Counted from the stretch's first letter, positions 8,387-17,991 are shown. The stretch: DNA of 29,789 nt from Deltaproteobacteria bacterium (GCA_029858165.1 JAOUFO010000001.1:1-29789), one strand, 5' to 3'. The notes: generated by a model from the sequence alone, not told the origin. Translations and numbers: made by a program.

Positions 8387-11300
8387 ATGAAAAACCCCAC
8401 CCCGGCCCCGTCCAAGAAAATTAAAAAGCCCGCCATTCCCCCCTCGGACACCACTCCACCGGGGGGCGAACCGCTTTTTGAGGCGTACGCCGCCGCCTTC
8501 AGGTCCCAATGCCCCCCTCCTTTGCTGGAAGAAATGACCGGTTCGGACCTGCCCGCTTTGGCCCAACGGTTTGAAGAGTTTCAATCCAGGCCAAAGCTGC
8601 CTTTCACCATCCGGTTTGACCAGGGAATCAACCTTCTGCGGGGAGAGTTTTCCACTCTTACCTCCATTGAAATCCTGACCGACGACCATCCCTTTTTGCT
8701 GGAAAGCCTGAAGGCGTTTTTGGAATCCGCCCCTTTTGTCCGCATCGGATGGATTCATCCGGTGTTTTACACCCGGCGGGACCCTCAAGGGGGCCTGACA
8801 CACCTGAAGAACCCCCTGGGCTCCCCCCCGCCCGGACCGGAATGGAGCCGGGAGGCCCAAATCCTGGTGTGGGTTTCGGGGCTTTCCCCCCAAGCCCAGC
8901 CCCCCCTGGAGGCAGACCTGACCGCCTTGTTGAACGAACTGATCCTGTGCGTGGGAGATTACCCGGCCATGGCGGCCCGGCTGGCTTTAGAAGGGACCGC
9001 CTTTGCCGCTTGGCCGGATGGGGCCTCTTACCGAAAATTGTTTGAATGGTTTTCCAAAAACCTGGTGCTGTTGGGATATTTGCCTTACCGGGTGGAAGCG
9101 GACCCCCAGGGGCCCCGGCTGACCCCCTTGCGGCAGGAGGGGTTGGGGTTGTTCCGGCCCGGCGGGTCTATGAATCGGTTGGCCGAATTGGAACAGGTGG
9201 TTCAGGCCCATTTGCGGGCCAATTTGCGCCCGCATCCCTTTATGGTGATGGAAGAAACCGGTTTTCCCGCCCTGATCCACAAACGGGAGCCGGTTTCCAC
9301 CGTGATGTTTTCCCCCCAAACCGCCCATGGGCGCAGCCATGCGGGAGTTCTTGTTGCTCTTTTTACAAACCATTCCAACCAGATCAGCAGTCTGGAACTT
9401 CCCTTGGTGTCTGAAAAAATAGAGGCGGTATTTTCCAGGAGGGGAGTGATTCCCGGCTCCTTTTTGCACAAAGAGCTTACCGGTTTTTTCAATGACCTTC
9501 CCCGGTATGAACTGTTCCGCATGGCTGCCAGTGAATTGGACCTGATGGCCGGTTTTTTTCTGGAATCCGGGGCCATGCCCCGGTTGAACCAATTGTTTGT
9601 GAAGGGAGAGATTCCTGGCGGATTCCGGGTGCTGGTGGCCATGGCAGGCAAAAGGCAGATTTACAGCCGCATGATGGGACTTCAAAAAAGATTGGAAAAA
9701 TGGTTGGGGGTGGAGGCCCAGACCGTCTTCCGGGTCCACCGGGAAACCTTTTCGTTGTTCAACCTGTTTTTTTTACGCCCCCCCAGCCCCTTTTGGCCCC
9801 CCGCGGAAACCGACCAGTTGGAGGCCATCATCCGGGAGGAGAGTTTAAGCCGGGAAGAGCGGGTGGTATCCATGTGGGTGGCCTCATCAGGCAACCGCAT
9901 GGAAGAATGGCTGGCCAAAACCCTGGTGGCGGGGATGAACCCGGATTATCTGGTGGCCCATTCGGATGTGGAGGTGATGGTGGACCTGGCTTATCTGGAA
10001 CAAATGCTGAAGAGCGGCCGGGAACAACTGGTGCTGCGGAGCAAATCGGCGGGTGGAATGGTGGGAATGACCCTTTACGCCATGGAGAAATTTTCTCTTA
10101 GCCGGGTGATGCCCATTTTGACCAACCTGAAAATCCAGGCCGAAGAGGAGCAATGCCATCAGGTTTCCGCCTTGGGCCGACAAATGTTCTTACACACTTT
10201 TTCCATTTCCGCCGCTGACGAGCCGGGAATGGAGCCTTCTCCCCGGATATCCCCGGAAAAACACACCGAGGCCCTGAAGGAACTGCTGTTGGGTTTGCTG
10301 GCGGGCCGCCTGGAAGACAATCCGTTAAACGGCCTGGCCCTGAGGGCGGATTTTAACGGCAGACAAATCAACCTGATGATGCTGTTGCGCAATTATCTGA
10401 TGCAGGTAGGGGGAATTTACACCAAAAAAACCATCAATGACACCCTGATCCGCCGGTGGGAGGCCGCCCAGGCCCTGTTCGGGCTGTTCCAGGCACGGTT
10501 GGACCCGGCCCTGGGGGCGGCGGATTCCCCCGCCCGGCTGGAGGCGGTAACCCGCCGGGAGGCCGCCTTTTCCCAAGCCGTCCAACAAATTGACACCCTG
10601 ACCGAGGACCGCATTTTCAAACGGATGCGCAACCTGATTTTCAGCACGGTGCGCACCAATTTTTTTTCCACCCCCCAGGAGCCGGTGCTGGCCCTCAAAT
10701 TCCACAGCCCCTCCATAGACCAGCTGCCTCTGCCGCACCCCCTGTACGAAATTTACCTGAACGGCCCCCGGTTGGAAGGGGTCCATTTGCGGGGGGGGGC
10801 CATATCCCGGGGGGGGGTGCGCTACAGTGACCGACCCGATGATTTCCGCACGGAAATTTTGGGACTGATGGCCACCCAGATGAAAAAAAACGCCCTGATT
10901 GTGCCGGTGGGCGCCAAAGGGGGGTTTGTGGTCAAAACCCTGGCCCCTTATGGGGGGGATGCCAAAACCGCCGGAGATGATCAGTACCCGGCCTACATCC
11001 GGGGGCTGCTCAGCGTCACCGACAACCTGGAACACGGCCGGGTGGTCCCCCCGCCGGGGGTGGTGCGCCACGATGGGGATGATTGTTATCTGGTGGTGGC
11101 GGCGGACAAAGGCACCGCCCATCTTTCTGATACGGCCAACGCCATCAGCCTGAAAACCGGCTTCTGGCTGGGGGATGCCTTTGCCTCAGGAGGTGCCCAG
11201 GGCTATGACCATAAAAAAGTGGGCATTACCGCCAAAGGGGGATGGGAAAGCGTCAAACGCCATTTTTGGGAATTGGGAACCCACCCGGAAACCACCCCCG

Positions 11301-12883
11301 TCAGTGTGGCGGCCATCGGGGATATGAGCGGGGATGTGTTCGGCAATCTGATGCTGCTCAGCCGCCGGTTCAAGCTGGTGGGAGCCTTCAATCACAAACA
11401 CATTTTTTTGGACCCGGCCCCGGACCCGGAAAAATCCTTTTTGGAGCGGGAGCGGCTGTTTCAACTGCCCCGCAGCGGCTGGAACGATTACAACCCGGCC
11501 CTCATCAGCCCCGGCGGAGGGGTGTTTTCCCGCCAGGCCAAGGCCATCCCCCTTTCCCCCCAAATGGCGGATGTGCTGGGAATAGATGCTTCTGTGATCA
11601 GCGGGGAGGAACTGATTCAGGCTTTGCTTTCCATGCGGGTGGACCTGCTGTGGAACGGAGGCATCGGCACCTACATCAAATCAGCGGCCCAAACCCATGA
11701 GCAGGTGGGGGACCACGCCAACGACACGGTGCGCATCAACGCCGATCAATGCCGGGCCAAAGTGGTGGGAGAAGGGGGAAACCAGGGCATCACCCAATTG
11801 GCCCGTCTGGAAATAGACCGCCAGGGAGGGCGCATCAACACCGATTTTATAGACAATTCCGGCGGGGTGGATATGTCGGACCATGAGGTCAACCTGAAAA
11901 TCCTGCTGGAAGAACTGATGCGGACAGGGGTGATTGCCTCGCCGGATGAGCGAAACCGGCTGCTGGCCTCCCTGGAACCAGAGGTGACACAACGGGTGCT
12001 GCTCAACAGCCGTCAACAGGCCCTGGTGCTTTCCATGGATGAACTCCGATCCAGACAGGACCCGGCACCCTTCGCCCGATTGGTGGATTCCCTGGTGGGA
12101 ATGGGGGTGCTGGACCGCCGGGTGGAGCCGATCCCCGCCGGATTGTTTGGACCCCAACCCCAGGACCACCCCCTGCCCCGCCCGCTGCTGGCGGTGTTGC
12201 TGGCTTATTCCAAAATCGCCTTGTACCAACGGTTGGAATCCAGCCCCGGCCTGGACCACCCCGCCATGGCCTCCTGGTTTTCGGGATATTTTCCATCCGG
12301 TTTGACAAACCTCCACCCTCTGGACGGGGTGGCCCATCCCCTGGCCCACCGGATCATCGCCACCCGCATCACCAACCACATCATCCACCGGGCGGGGATG
12401 TGCTTTGTGGGCGAAACCGCCTTGGATTCCGGCCAAAACTGGGAAACCGTGGCCATGGCCTATCTGTTTGCCGATGCAATCACCGGAGGGGAACGATTTC
12501 GGCAGCACACCCAGCCTCTTTCCCTGGTGATTCCGGCCGCCGCCGAAACCCGGCTGCTGATGGCCAGAGAGGAAGCCTTGGCTGGGATGGTGCGCCGTCT
12601 GGTGCGGATGTTCAGCCCGCAAAAATTGGAGTTTTCCAACTTAAAAAGCCATCAGGGGCTGTTTGAGGAATTTGTGGAACAGGTGGAGAAACGGCTGACG
12701 GAAGATCAACGGAGGACGGTTGAGGAAACCGTGCGGGGATGGGCGGCGGAAGGGGTGGATGAGCACACGGCCCGCCGGACGGCCATGTGGGCCCATTGCG
12801 GCCGGTTTGTTGATTGCCTGCGGATGGCGGCGGATGGCGGCTTGTCCATCCGGGAGGCCTTGAACTCTGCCCCGGCCCTTTAA
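8387..12883 (+). CDS. gdhB: Large-type NAD-specific glutamate dehydrogenase (GdhB/GDH-180 family), apparently C-terminally shortened
   Basis: GVHLRGGAISRGGVRYSDRPDDFRTEILGL, KKNALIVPVGAKGGF, YLVVAADKGTA, GDAFASGG, IGDMSGDVFGN, LLWNGGIGTY, INTDFIDNSGGVDMSDHEVNLKI. ATG 8387 preferred over TTG 8372. Confidence 0.96.
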   Translation: MKNPTPAPSKKIKKPAIPPSDTTPPGGEPLFEAYAAAFRSQCPPPLLEEMTGSDLPALAQRFEEFQSRPKLPFTIRFDQGINLLRGEFSTLTSIEILTDDHPFLLESLKAFLESAPFVRIGWIHPVFYTRRDPQGGLTHLKNPLGSPPPGPEWSREAQILVWVSGLSPQAQPPLEADLTALLNELILCVGDYPAMAARLALEGTAFAAWPDGASYRKLFEWFSKNLVLLGYLPYRVEADPQGPRLTPLRQEGLGLFRPGGSMNRLAELEQVVQAHLRANLRPHPFMVMEETGFPALIHKREPVSTVMFSPQTAHGRSHAGVLVALFTNHSNQISSLELPLVSEKIEAVFSRRGVIPGSFLHKELTGFFNDLPRYELFRMAASELDLMAGFFLESGAMPRLNQLFVKGEIPGGFRVLVAMAGKRQIYSRMMGLQKRLEKWLGVEAQTVFRVHRETFSLFNLFFLRPPSPFWPPAETDQLEAIIREESLSREERVVSMWVASSGNRMEEWLAKTLVAGMNPDYLVAHSDVEVMVDLAYLEQMLKSGREQLVLRSKSAGGMVGMTLYAMEKFSLSRVMPILTNLKIQAEEEQCHQVSALGRQMFLHTFSISAADEPGMEPSPRISPEKHTEALKELLLGLLAGRLEDNPLNGLALRADFNGRQINLMMLLRNYLMQVGGIYTKKTINDTLIRRWEAAQALFGLFQARLDPALGAADSPARLEAVTRREAAFSQAVQQIDTLTEDRIFKRMRNLIFSTVRTNFFSTPQEPVLALKFHSPSIDQLPLPHPLYEIYLNGPRLEGVHLRGGAISRGGVRYSDRPDDFRTEILGLMATQMKKNALIVPVGAKGGFVVKTLAPYGGDAKTAGDDQYPAYIRGLLSVTDNLEHGRVVPPPGVVRHDGDDCYLVVAADKGTAHLSDTANAISLKTGFWLGDAFASGGAQGYDHKKVGITAKGGWESVKRHFWELGTHPETTPVSVAAIGDMSGDVFGNLMLLSRRFKLVGAFNHKHIFLDPAPDPEKSFLERERLFQLPRSGWNDYNPALISPGGGVFSRQAKAIPLSPQMADVLGIDASVISGEELIQALLSMRVDLLWNGGIGTYIKSAAQTHEQVGDHANDTVRINADQCRAKVVGEGGNQGITQLARLEIDRQGGRINTDFIDNSGGVDMSDHEVNLKILLEELMRTGVIASPDERNRLLASLEPEVTQRVLLNSRQQALVLSMDELRSRQDPAPFARLVDSLVGMGVLDRRVEPIPAGLFGPQPQDHPLPRPLLAVLLAYSKIALYQRLESSPGLDHPAMASWFSGYFPSGLTNLHPLDGVAHPLAHRIIATRITNHIIHRAGMCFVGETALDSGQNWETVAMAYLFADAITGGERFRQHTQPLSLVIPAAAETRLLMAREEALAGMVRRLVRMFSPQKLEFSNLKSHQGLFEEFVEQVEKRLTEDQRRTVEETVRGWAAEGVDEHTARRTAMWAHCGRFVDCLRMAADGGLSIREALNSAPAL

Positions 12884-12923
12884 GCCGGGGATGGATTCTG
12901 CCCCGACCCTTTAAGCCGGGGAT
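12866..12923. repeat. Near-tandem 27-bp direct repeat (31-bp period) of a hairpin, likely bidirectional terminator region
   Basis: tctgccccg(g/a)ccctttaagccggggat at 12866-12892 and 12897-12923 (26/27 identical). Copy 1 folds ccccggc/gccgggg. Confidence 0.9.
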
Positions 12924-13798
12924 TCTTCGGTCCGGGGAAGCTCTCCGGTTTGGAAAGAGTCTTCGTCCTCGTTGGGCTTTTCGCCCTCAGGGGAATCTTC
13001 CGTTTGTTCGGCGGCCCCTTTTTTGGCGACCGCCTTTTTGACCCCTTTTTTGGCAGCCGCCTTTTTGGGTGTTTCCTCCTGGGGCGGGGGGGCTTGGTAG
13101 TAGGTCAGCCTGCCGCAATGGGGGCAGGTGTGGGTGCCGTCAGGATCGGCAATCATCCGGTTGTAATCCTGGGGGGGGGTGGCGATGGAACACCCCTGGC
13201 AAACCCCGGAAATCACCGGGACCATGGCGGGCAGCCTGCCCCCTTTCACCAATCGGGTGTAGATGGAAAGGATTCGGGGCTCAACCTGGGCAATCCGGGT
13301 TTGCCGCTCCCCATCCAGAATCCTCACCTTTTCCTCCAATTCCCCCTGTTCAGCCTTTAACACCGTCTCCTCCTGCCGGAAGGATTCCTGTTCACGGGCC
13401 ACCCGCTCTTCGGCTGTTTTCAGCTTGGGTTCCAGTTCTTCCTGGCGCATCCGGGCTTCTATCATTTCATTCTGCATCTGCTCGTTGATCATCCGGGCAG
13501 AATCCAGTTGTTTTTGGGCGGCGGCGTATTCTTTTTGGTTGTGAACCACCTTTAAGTGCGCTTTGAATTTTTCTATGGTGTCCAAAGCCACTTTGCTGGT
13601 GGCGTCTTTATCCCGGATGGAATTGGCCAGATTGGCACTGGCATTCCGCAGGTCCGCCAGAATTTTTTCTTCTGCCGCCAGGGTTTTTCCGGCTGTTTCC
13701 AGGGCTGGGGGTATCCCGGCCAGTTTTTTGCGGAATCCCTGTAATTGAAGGTCCAGTTCCGATAACCGGATCAGGTTTTGAATCGCCTCGCTCATCAT
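12911..13798 (-). CDS. C4-type zinc ribbon domain protein (DUF164/CdsZ/FlgZ-like coiled-coil) with low-complexity tail
   Basis: Long coiled-coil N-terminus (LIRLSELDLQL...), CQGC...CPHCGRL zinc ribbon, KKAAAKK-type tail followed by an acidic end. Start moved to ATG 13798/13795. Confidence 0.9.
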   Translation of the reverse strand: MMSEAIQNLIRLSELDLQLQGFRKKLAGIPPALETAGKTLAAEEKILADLRNASANLANSIRDKDATSKVALDTIEKFKAHLKVVHNQKEYAAAQKQLDSARMINEQMQNEMIEARMRQEELEPKLKTAEERVAREQESFRQEETVLKAEQGELEEKVRILDGERQTRIAQVEPRILSIYTRLVKGGRLPAMVPVISGVCQGCSIATPPQDYNRMIADPDGTHTCPHCGRLTYYQAPPPQEETPKKAAAKKGVKKAVAKKGAAEQTEDSPEGEKPNEDEDSFQTGELPRTEESPA

Positions 13799-14124
13799 CT
13801 CTTTTGCGGTTTCCTGGTTCCTCCCTGGCGGGAGGTTGGGTTCTTGGCTTGTAGGACAAAAAAAAAGGCGCATCGGTTGGATGCACCTTAGGTTTTATGA
13901 AGGGGCTGACTTCCGGTCGGTCGCCTCCCTTTGTGTTTTACCTTCCCCCCGTTGAGCAAACCCGCCAATGGCCGGAGTATCCCCGCGGGGGTGATCCATC
14001 ATTGCATTACCAATAGGAAACAACTGGCTGGGGGTTGGGGTCATGCTTTTTATGTGTTTGTTTCCGGTCAGGTTGTTTTGTAAGGCAGATGCCGACTGTT
14101 TTTGGCGGCCGGGATGTAAAAGGG

Positions 14125-14201
14125 TGGTGGGCCCACCTGGACTTGAACCAGGGACCAGCCGATTATGAGTCGGCTGCTCTAACCAACTGAGCTATAGGCC
14201 C
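14125..14201 (-). tRNA. tRNA-Ile2 (CAU, lysidine type)
   Basis: GGGCCTATAGCTCAGTTGGTTAGAGCAGCCGACTCATAATCGGCTGGTCCCTGGTTCAAGTCCAGGTGGGCCCACCA: full cloverleaf, anticodon CAT, C4-G69/C5-G68/C29-G41 and A73 as in TilS substrates, CCA encoded. Confidence 0.93.
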
Positions 14202-14244
14202 CTTTACCGGCCTCTCTCACCCGCTCCTCACAGTTTATCTATTG

Positions 14245-14273
14245 ATATTAAGGCAATGGCCAGCAAGATGCAA
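14245..14273 (-). promoter_or_regulatory. Putative sigma70 promoter of tRNA-Ile2
   Basis: Minus strand TTGCAT (14273-14268), 17 nt, TAATAT (14250-14245), about 44 nt upstream of the tRNA. Confidence 0.55.
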
Positions 14274-14278
14274 ACCCT

Positions 14279-14971
14279 TTATTGGGTTGAATCCGGCCGG
14301 GGTTGCCAGCCAGGCACCTGAAACACCTGATGGGTCCGCGAATCCATGGCGGTCAACCGACCCCCGTACACACATCCGGTGTCAATGCCGAACAGGGGAG
14401 GCGCTTTGAACACAGTCCCCAGCCGCAGCCCCATGAATTGGGTGGGGGTGTGGCCAAAGATGATTTCCTTACCCTGCCACAGGTGCCCGCGGCGGAAAAA
14501 CCGTTCCCGAATCCATATCAAATCCTGGGGGTTTTGACGGCGCATGTCGGCTACAGCCGGGTCCACACCGGCGTGGACAAAAAGGGTCTGGTCATCCTCC
14601 CAAAACCTTTCCAGATGTTGGAAAAAAGCCAGGTCCGCCCCCAGAAAATCCCCCCGATGGGTTCCCCGCCGCCATGCAGCAGGGTCCACCCCATAACTGG
14701 CCAGGGTGGCCCGCCCCCCGTTCATCAACCATACGGCCGCACCCTGGGGGTCCCGGATGGCATTTAAAAGCATATCCTCGTGATTTCCCAACAGAAAACG
14801 GCAGGGGCGGGTGTGGGCCAACTGCCTTAAAAAACGAATCACCTGGGCTGAACCCGGGCCCCGGTCAATGTAATCCCCCAAAAACACCAGTTCCTCCCCG
14901 GCAGGGATTTGGGCCGCCAATTGCCGGAGAGGGCCGATACAACCGTGAATATCCCCCACCGCGATGGCCAT
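14279..14971 (-). CDS. Metallophosphoesterase, PPP-family Ser/Thr protein phosphatase-like (PphA/ApaH-like)
   Basis: GDIHG, GDYIDRG, LGNHED, FVHAG, GHTP, GIDTG motifs. Start at ATG 14971 (MAIAVGDIHG) with AGGA upstream, not 15181. Confidence 0.93.
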   Translation of the reverse strand: MAIAVGDIHGCIGPLRQLAAQIPAGEELVFLGDYIDRGPGSAQVIRFLRQLAHTRPCRFLLGNHEDMLLNAIRDPQGAAVWLMNGGRATLASYGVDPAAWRRGTHRGDFLGADLAFFQHLERFWEDDQTLFVHAGVDPAVADMRRQNPQDLIWIRERFFRRGHLWQGKEIIFGHTPTQFMGLRLGTVFKAPPLFGIDTGCVYGGRLTAMDSRTHQVFQVPGWQPRPDSTQ

Positions 14972-15116
14972 CGGCTTCCTGTTTGTTTGACCCCCAGGGG
15001 AAGACACCCCCCCAACCCCCGGATTGGCCGTTTTGAAAAAACAGGAGGCCGGGAATGGAAAAAAACGGGTGGTAAAGAGACTTTCAGAGGTGGCCCGGTG
15101 AGGGATTCTATCCCGT

Positions 15117-15968
15117 TTATTCCGGCCCTTGGGCCGTTGCCCGCCCTGGTTTGGAGCACCACTGACTCCAGGACCCCACATACAGCCTGCCCAAGGGCAA
15201 CCCCCCGGCGGCCATGGCCACCGCGTTGGTGGCTGCCGTCACCCCGGAGCCGCAGTAATGAATCACCTGTTCAGGAGAAAGGCCGTTTAGCTTTTGCTCA
15301 AAGCGGGCTTTCAACAGGTGGGGGTAAAGAAACCTGCCTTCCGCATCCAGATTTTGAGGGTGGGGCAGATTCACCGCACCGGGAATGTGGCCCGCCACCG
15401 GGTCTATGGGTTCCACCTCTCCCCGGAACCGCTCCGGCGCCCTGGCATCCACAAACAGAATGGCGGGGTCCCCCAGGCAGGCTTCCGCCTGACGGTCCGT
15501 CACCAACATAAAAGATTGAAGAGATGGAGAAAACCGTTTGGCCTCCGGCTTGGGGGAAAAGGTGCTTACCGGCAGCCCTTCCGCCAGCCAATGAGTGTAT
15601 CCCCCATCCAGAACCGCCGCCGCTTTGTGGCCCATAAACCGCAACAGCCACCACAGCCGGGCTGCAAATGCGCCCCCCTGGTCATCATAGGCCACCACCT
15701 GGGTGTGGTTGTCCACCCCCTGGGATTCCAGCCATTGGATAAAATCCAACAGCACCGGCAGGGGATGGCGGCCGGTTTGATTCCCCTTTGGGCCGGATAA
15801 ATGGTGTTCCAGGTGGGCGTATCTGGCCCCCGGAATATGGCCTTTGGTCCAGGCCCGCCTCCCCGCATCGGAATCCCCCAATTCAAAGCGGCAGTCAAAC
15901 ACCACCCAGTCAGGGTCCTTCAGGTGGTCCGCCAGCAACCCCGGTTTCAAAATGGTTTGATGAATCAT
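15117..15968 (-). CDS. sseA: Tandem-rhodanese sulfurtransferase (SseA / 3-mercaptopyruvate sulfurtransferase type)
   Basis: GHIPGA twice, GRHPLP, AARLWWLL, LDGG, DARAPERF, active loop YCGSGVTA, LYVGSWSQW. Start moved to ATG 15968. Confidence 0.92.
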   Translation of the reverse strand: MIHQTILKPGLLADHLKDPDWVVFDCRFELGDSDAGRRAWTKGHIPGARYAHLEHHLSGPKGNQTGRHPLPVLLDFIQWLESQGVDNHTQVVAYDDQGGAFAARLWWLLRFMGHKAAAVLDGGYTHWLAEGLPVSTFSPKPEAKRFSPSLQSFMLVTDRQAEACLGDPAILFVDARAPERFRGEVEPIDPVAGHIPGAVNLPHPQNLDAEGRFLYPHLLKARFEQKLNGLSPEQVIHYCGSGVTAATNAVAMAAGGLPLGRLYVGSWSQWCSKPGRATAQGPE

Positions 15969-16035
15969 CGCGGTCAGGTCAGCCAAAAGGTTTTTTTTGC
16001 ACCCGGGGGGAGCCAACCCGGCCCGGGCGGCACGG

Positions 16036-17991
16036 TCAATCATCCCGGGTGGTTTGGACCAATTCCTCGGCGGTGGTGATGCCCTCCTCCACCAACTTCA
16101 GGCCGTATTGCCGCATGGATACCATGCCGGATGCGGTGGCGGCATCCCTCAGCAGGCTGGACTCGTTGGTCTGGGCCAGAACTTTTTTCACCTGATCACT
16201 CATCACCAAAAGCTCAAACACCCCCACCCGCCCGGAGTAGCCGGTGCCCCGACAATGGGAACACCCGGCCCCTTTGTACAGGGTTTTGACGGCTTTGATT
16301 TCCCTGGCGTTCAACCCGGCCTCCATCAGCAACGCCTCATCCGGCTCCACCGGGGTTTTGCAATGGGAGCAAATGCGGCGCAGCAACCGCTGGGCCAGCA
16401 CCGCCATCACCGTGGAGGAGACCAGATAGGGTTCTATGCCCATATCCACCAGCCGGGTGACGGTGGAAGGGGCATCATTGGTGTGGACGGTGGAAAACAC
16501 CGTATGGCCGGTCAAGGCCGCCTGAATGGCGATCAGGGCGGTTTCCCGGTCCCGCATCTCCCCCACCATGATGATATCCGGATCCTGGCGCAACACGGAA
16601 CGCAGGGCATTGGCAAAGGTCAGCCCCAACTTGGGGTTTACCTCGGTTTGCACATAGCCCGCTATTTTGTATTCCACCGGGTCTTCAATGGTCATGATGT
16701 TTTTGGCGTGGCGGTCTATTTCTCCCAGGGCGGCATACAGGGTGGTGGTTTTGCCGCTGCCGGTGGGTCCGCTGACCAAAATAATCCCCCCGGTGGAGCG
16801 GATCAGTTTTTTCAGACTGGTCCAGATATCCTTGGGCATCCCCAGAGAAGGCAGGGAGAACATATCCTGGTCCTGGTACAACAGCCGCATCACCGCTTTT
16901 TCACCGTTGACGGTGGGCATGGTGGAAACCCGCACATCTATCTTACGCCCGGCGATCAACAAAGGGGTGCGGCCGTCCTGGGGCAGGGACCGCTGGGAAA
17001 TATCCAGCCGGGAAAGGATCTTGATGCGGTTGATGAGCGTAAGGTGAATGGCTTTGGGCAGGGTGGCCACGGTTTGCAACACCCCGTCCACCCGAAAGCG
17101 CACCACCACCTCGCTGTTGTTGGAATCTATGTGGACATCGGAAGTCTGGGAGCGGGAGGCCTGGTACAGAATGTTGTTCAACAGCCGTTTGATGGGTTCT
17201 TCATCCCGGGCGTCAATCAAATCCTCCGGCTCTTCTATCCCCCACACACCGCTGCCTTCGGCCCCTTCAGGGGTTTCAATCCCCTCTATGGATTGTCCCG
17301 CATCGGATTCCGCCCGTTCGTAAGCCCGGTTGATCAGGCTGAGAATGGATAAATGGGTGGACACCACCATTTCCAACCTGCGGCCCATGCGCCGGGCCAC
17401 ATCCTCCAAAGGCTGATCATTTTCCGGGTCCGCCACCGCCATGCGCACCTCCCGGTCTGTCAACCCGATGGGGAAAAACACGAACTTTTTGGCGTAGCGG
17501 ATGGGAATTTCTTTGGCGCATTCTCTCAGCAACTCCATTTCGTCCAGGTGGGGGATGTATTCCAACCCGAACAACCGGGCCACCGCCTGTTGCAGGCCGT
17601 CTTCGGTCACCACCTTTTGGGCCAGCAGGGCTTTTTTCAAGGCGGGCAGGGACCCCCCCCCTTTTTCCACCAGGGGGGCGATGGCGGCCAGATCCTCCGC
17701 CCGGACATGGGAGGATTCCACCAGAATGCGCACCAAAGGGTGGGCCAGCAACCCGGAAACCGGCGGAGAAGCAGACACCACAGGGATTGCCGCGGAAGGG
17801 GGGAGGGGTTCCGGCGGCAAAACCTGGGATTCAGGCTGGGGAGCAGGGGGTTCCAGGGGCTGTGCAAGGGGTTCCGTCAGGGCGGGTTCCTGGGGCGGCA
17901 GCGATTGTGCCGGGGGGGTATCCTTGGATTTGGCCGCGGTTTTGCGCATGTTGGCTGGGTTGAAACCCGATTGAGGGTTTGGAAAAACCAT
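16036..17991 (-). CDS. GspE/PilB family secretion or pilus assembly ATPase
   Basis: SDVHID, VRFRVDGVL, SLPQDGR, Walker A GPTGSGKTT, TIEDPVE, LRQDPDIIMVGEMRD, tetracysteine CSHC...CSHC. ATG overlaps the helicase stop (TGATG). Confidence 0.95.
   Translation of the reverse strand: MVFPNPQSGFNPANMRKTAAKSKDTPPAQSLPPQEPALTEPLAQPLEPPAPQPESQVLPPEPLPPSAAIPVVSASPPVSGLLAHPLVRILVESSHVRAEDLAAIAPLVEKGGGSLPALKKALLAQKVVTEDGLQQAVARLFGLEYIPHLDEMELLRECAKEIPIRYAKKFVFFPIGLTDREVRMAVADPENDQPLEDVARRMGRRLEMVVSTHLSILSLINRAYERAESDAGQSIEGIETPEGAEGSGVWGIEEPEDLIDARDEEPIKRLLNNILYQASRSQTSDVHIDSNNSEVVVRFRVDGVLQTVATLPKAIHLTLINRIKILSRLDISQRSLPQDGRTPLLIAGRKIDVRVSTMPTVNGEKAVMRLLYQDQDMFSLPSLGMPKDIWTSLKKLIRSTGGIILVSGPTGSGKTTTLYAALGEIDRHAKNIMTIEDPVEYKIAGYVQTEVNPKLGLTFANALRSVLRQDPDIIMVGEMRDRETALIAIQAALTGHTVFSTVHTNDAPSTVTRLVDMGIEPYLVSSTVMAVLAQRLLRRICSHCKTPVEPDEALLMEAGLNAREIKAVKTLYKGAGCSHCRGTGYSGRVGVFELLVMSDQVKKVLAQTNESSLLRDAATASGMVSMRQYGLKLVEEGITTAEELVQTTRDD

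Noticed and set aside
12881-12883. Stop-codon readthrough or recoding extending gdhB
   Set aside because: The stop is TAA, and the downstream DNA is the duplicated hairpin and the antisense of another gene, with no GDH-like continuation.
13874-14124. Prophage/island integrated at tRNA-Ile2, or a 49-aa minus-strand ORF (MTPTPSQLF...) in the spacer
   Set aside because: No integrase and no duplicated tRNA 3' end were seen; the short ORF has no clear RBS or recognisable motif.
14125-14201. tRNA-Met (initiator or elongator) assignment of the CAT tRNA
   Set aside because: It lacks the initiator C1 mismatch and the three G-C anticodon-stem pairs, and it carries the Ile2/TilS determinants.
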